Source of the DNA: a virus
Direction: 5' to 3' (one strand)
Length of the DNA: 64,000 bases
Virus record (IMG/VR): IMGVR_UViG_3300021170_000010
Location: 1-64,000 of that record
Shown here: piece by piece, positions 63,371 to 64,000 of the stretch
How the letters are laid out: every line of letters starts with the position of its first letter
Numbering within the stretch: the stretch's first letter is position 1
The notes under the pieces: model-generated
Seen by the model: only the letters and a program-made list of their open reading frames with translations
Told to the model about the DNA's origin: nothing
Database searches by the model: none
Translations under genes and position numbers: made by a program

Positions 63371-64000
63371 ATGCCGACCGTAAAACAACTCGACCGGAAG
63401 CATCCTGAGTGGCAGCTTCGTTCCGATCAGTGGGAGAACATCCGACTGCTCTACGAAGGAGCCATAGAGATGAAGAACAACGGCGACAACTTCGTGCCGC
63501 GCAGGCCGAAGGAGATGTTCGACGTGTTCTACGAGCGCCAGCGGCGGTTGACGTATCAGAACATACTGCAATCGGCCCTAGGCTGGTACCTCGGCAAACT
63601 ATTCCAGAATGATCCGGAGATCAAACCCAGCGCTAAAGAGAACAACTCCGACGACCGCTTCGCGGCGTTCCTTCAGGACTGCGATCAGTGCGGCGGCACG
63701 TTCGTCAACGTCGCCGGTCGCCAGCTTCTCGAAATGATGATGCTCTATCGAAGGGCGTTCGTCCTGATCGACAAGCCGAAGCGTCCGGACCCGAGCGTCG
63801 CCACGATCAACACGCGCGCTGATGAGAAGGCGCTCGGACTCGATCAGCCGTACGTCGTCTTGTACGAGCCGAAGAACGTATTTAATTGGCAGCTCGACAA
63901 GTACGGGAACCTGAAGTGGATCATCATCAAGACCGTGGAAGACGACCAGGACGATCCTCTCGGTCCATCACAGCGCGTCGCGAACTGGTACGTCTTCGAC
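63371..64000 (+). CDS. Portal protein (3'-truncated by the window)
   Basis: Open frame MPTVKQLDRKHPEW...LYEG...P..E....Y..R...Y.N, VLID.P, PY...Y.P..V.NW. Confidence 0.8.
   Translation, partial: MPTVKQLDRKHPEWQLRSDQWENIRLLYEGAIEMKNNGDNFVPRRPKEMFDVFYERQRRLTYQNILQSALGWYLGKLFQNDPEIKPSAKENNSDDRFAAFLQDCDQCGGTFVNVAGRQLLEMMMLYRRAFVLIDKPKRPDPSVATINTRADEKALGLDQPYVVLYEPKNVFNWQLDKYGNLKWIIIKTVEDDQDDPLGPSQRVANWYVFD

Larger units (their letters stand above)
1..64000. mobile_element. Tailed dsDNA phage/prophage region (lysis end, early/replication/modification genes, start of packaging module)
   Basis: Endolysin, YqaJ, DnaB, terminase, portal and dense small ORFs coupled by ATGA/GTGA overlaps; no host housekeeping genes. 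Confidence 0.95.

Noticed and set aside
1-64000. CRISPR array, tRNA genes, integrase/att site, reverse transcriptase
   Set aside because: No spaced repeats, cloverleafs or catalytic motifs seen by eye; absence not computationally verified

Overview
The window is the non-structural half of a GC-rich tailed dsDNA (pro)phage. Two proteins resemble ones I associate with Acidobacteriota, so that is the inferred host. It opens with the end of a subtilase-malectin gene and a lysis cassette (1-2.1 kb). A long rightward early operon (4.1-31.9 kb) follows, encoding YqaJ/annealing/SbcC-like recombination proteins, QueD plus a DpdA-like transglycosylase, a TnpB mini-element, a DUF1376 initiator, DnaB, a GREB1/TAGT-like glycosyltransferase and a multi-frame C5-methyltransferase. 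Two leftward blocks (32-49.2 kb and 50.7-57.4 kb) carry a Ycf46-like AAA+/DUF1257/DUF2997/radical SAM/DUF3150 module, an HNH nuclease, VRR-NUC and an SPL-like radical SAM. A second TnpB sits between these blocks, and the window ends at the start of the late region (TerS, TerL, portal). The most unusual feature is an apparent RNA layer. It comprises an ~800-nt densely paired element that coincides with a translationally coupled ORF (11.8-12.6 kb), an ~510-nt end-paired leader RNA (48.7-49.2 kb), an ~320-nt nested rod (34.1-34.45 kb) and three leaders of shared loop/anti-RBS architecture. Other highlights are a probably nuclease-dead TnpB whose exact removal restores a small phage gene, and a methyltransferase spread over three reading frames with slippage tracts. 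No integrase, CI-type repressor, DNA polymerase, tRNA or CRISPR array was recognised. All family calls come from motif recognition by eye, not from database searches.
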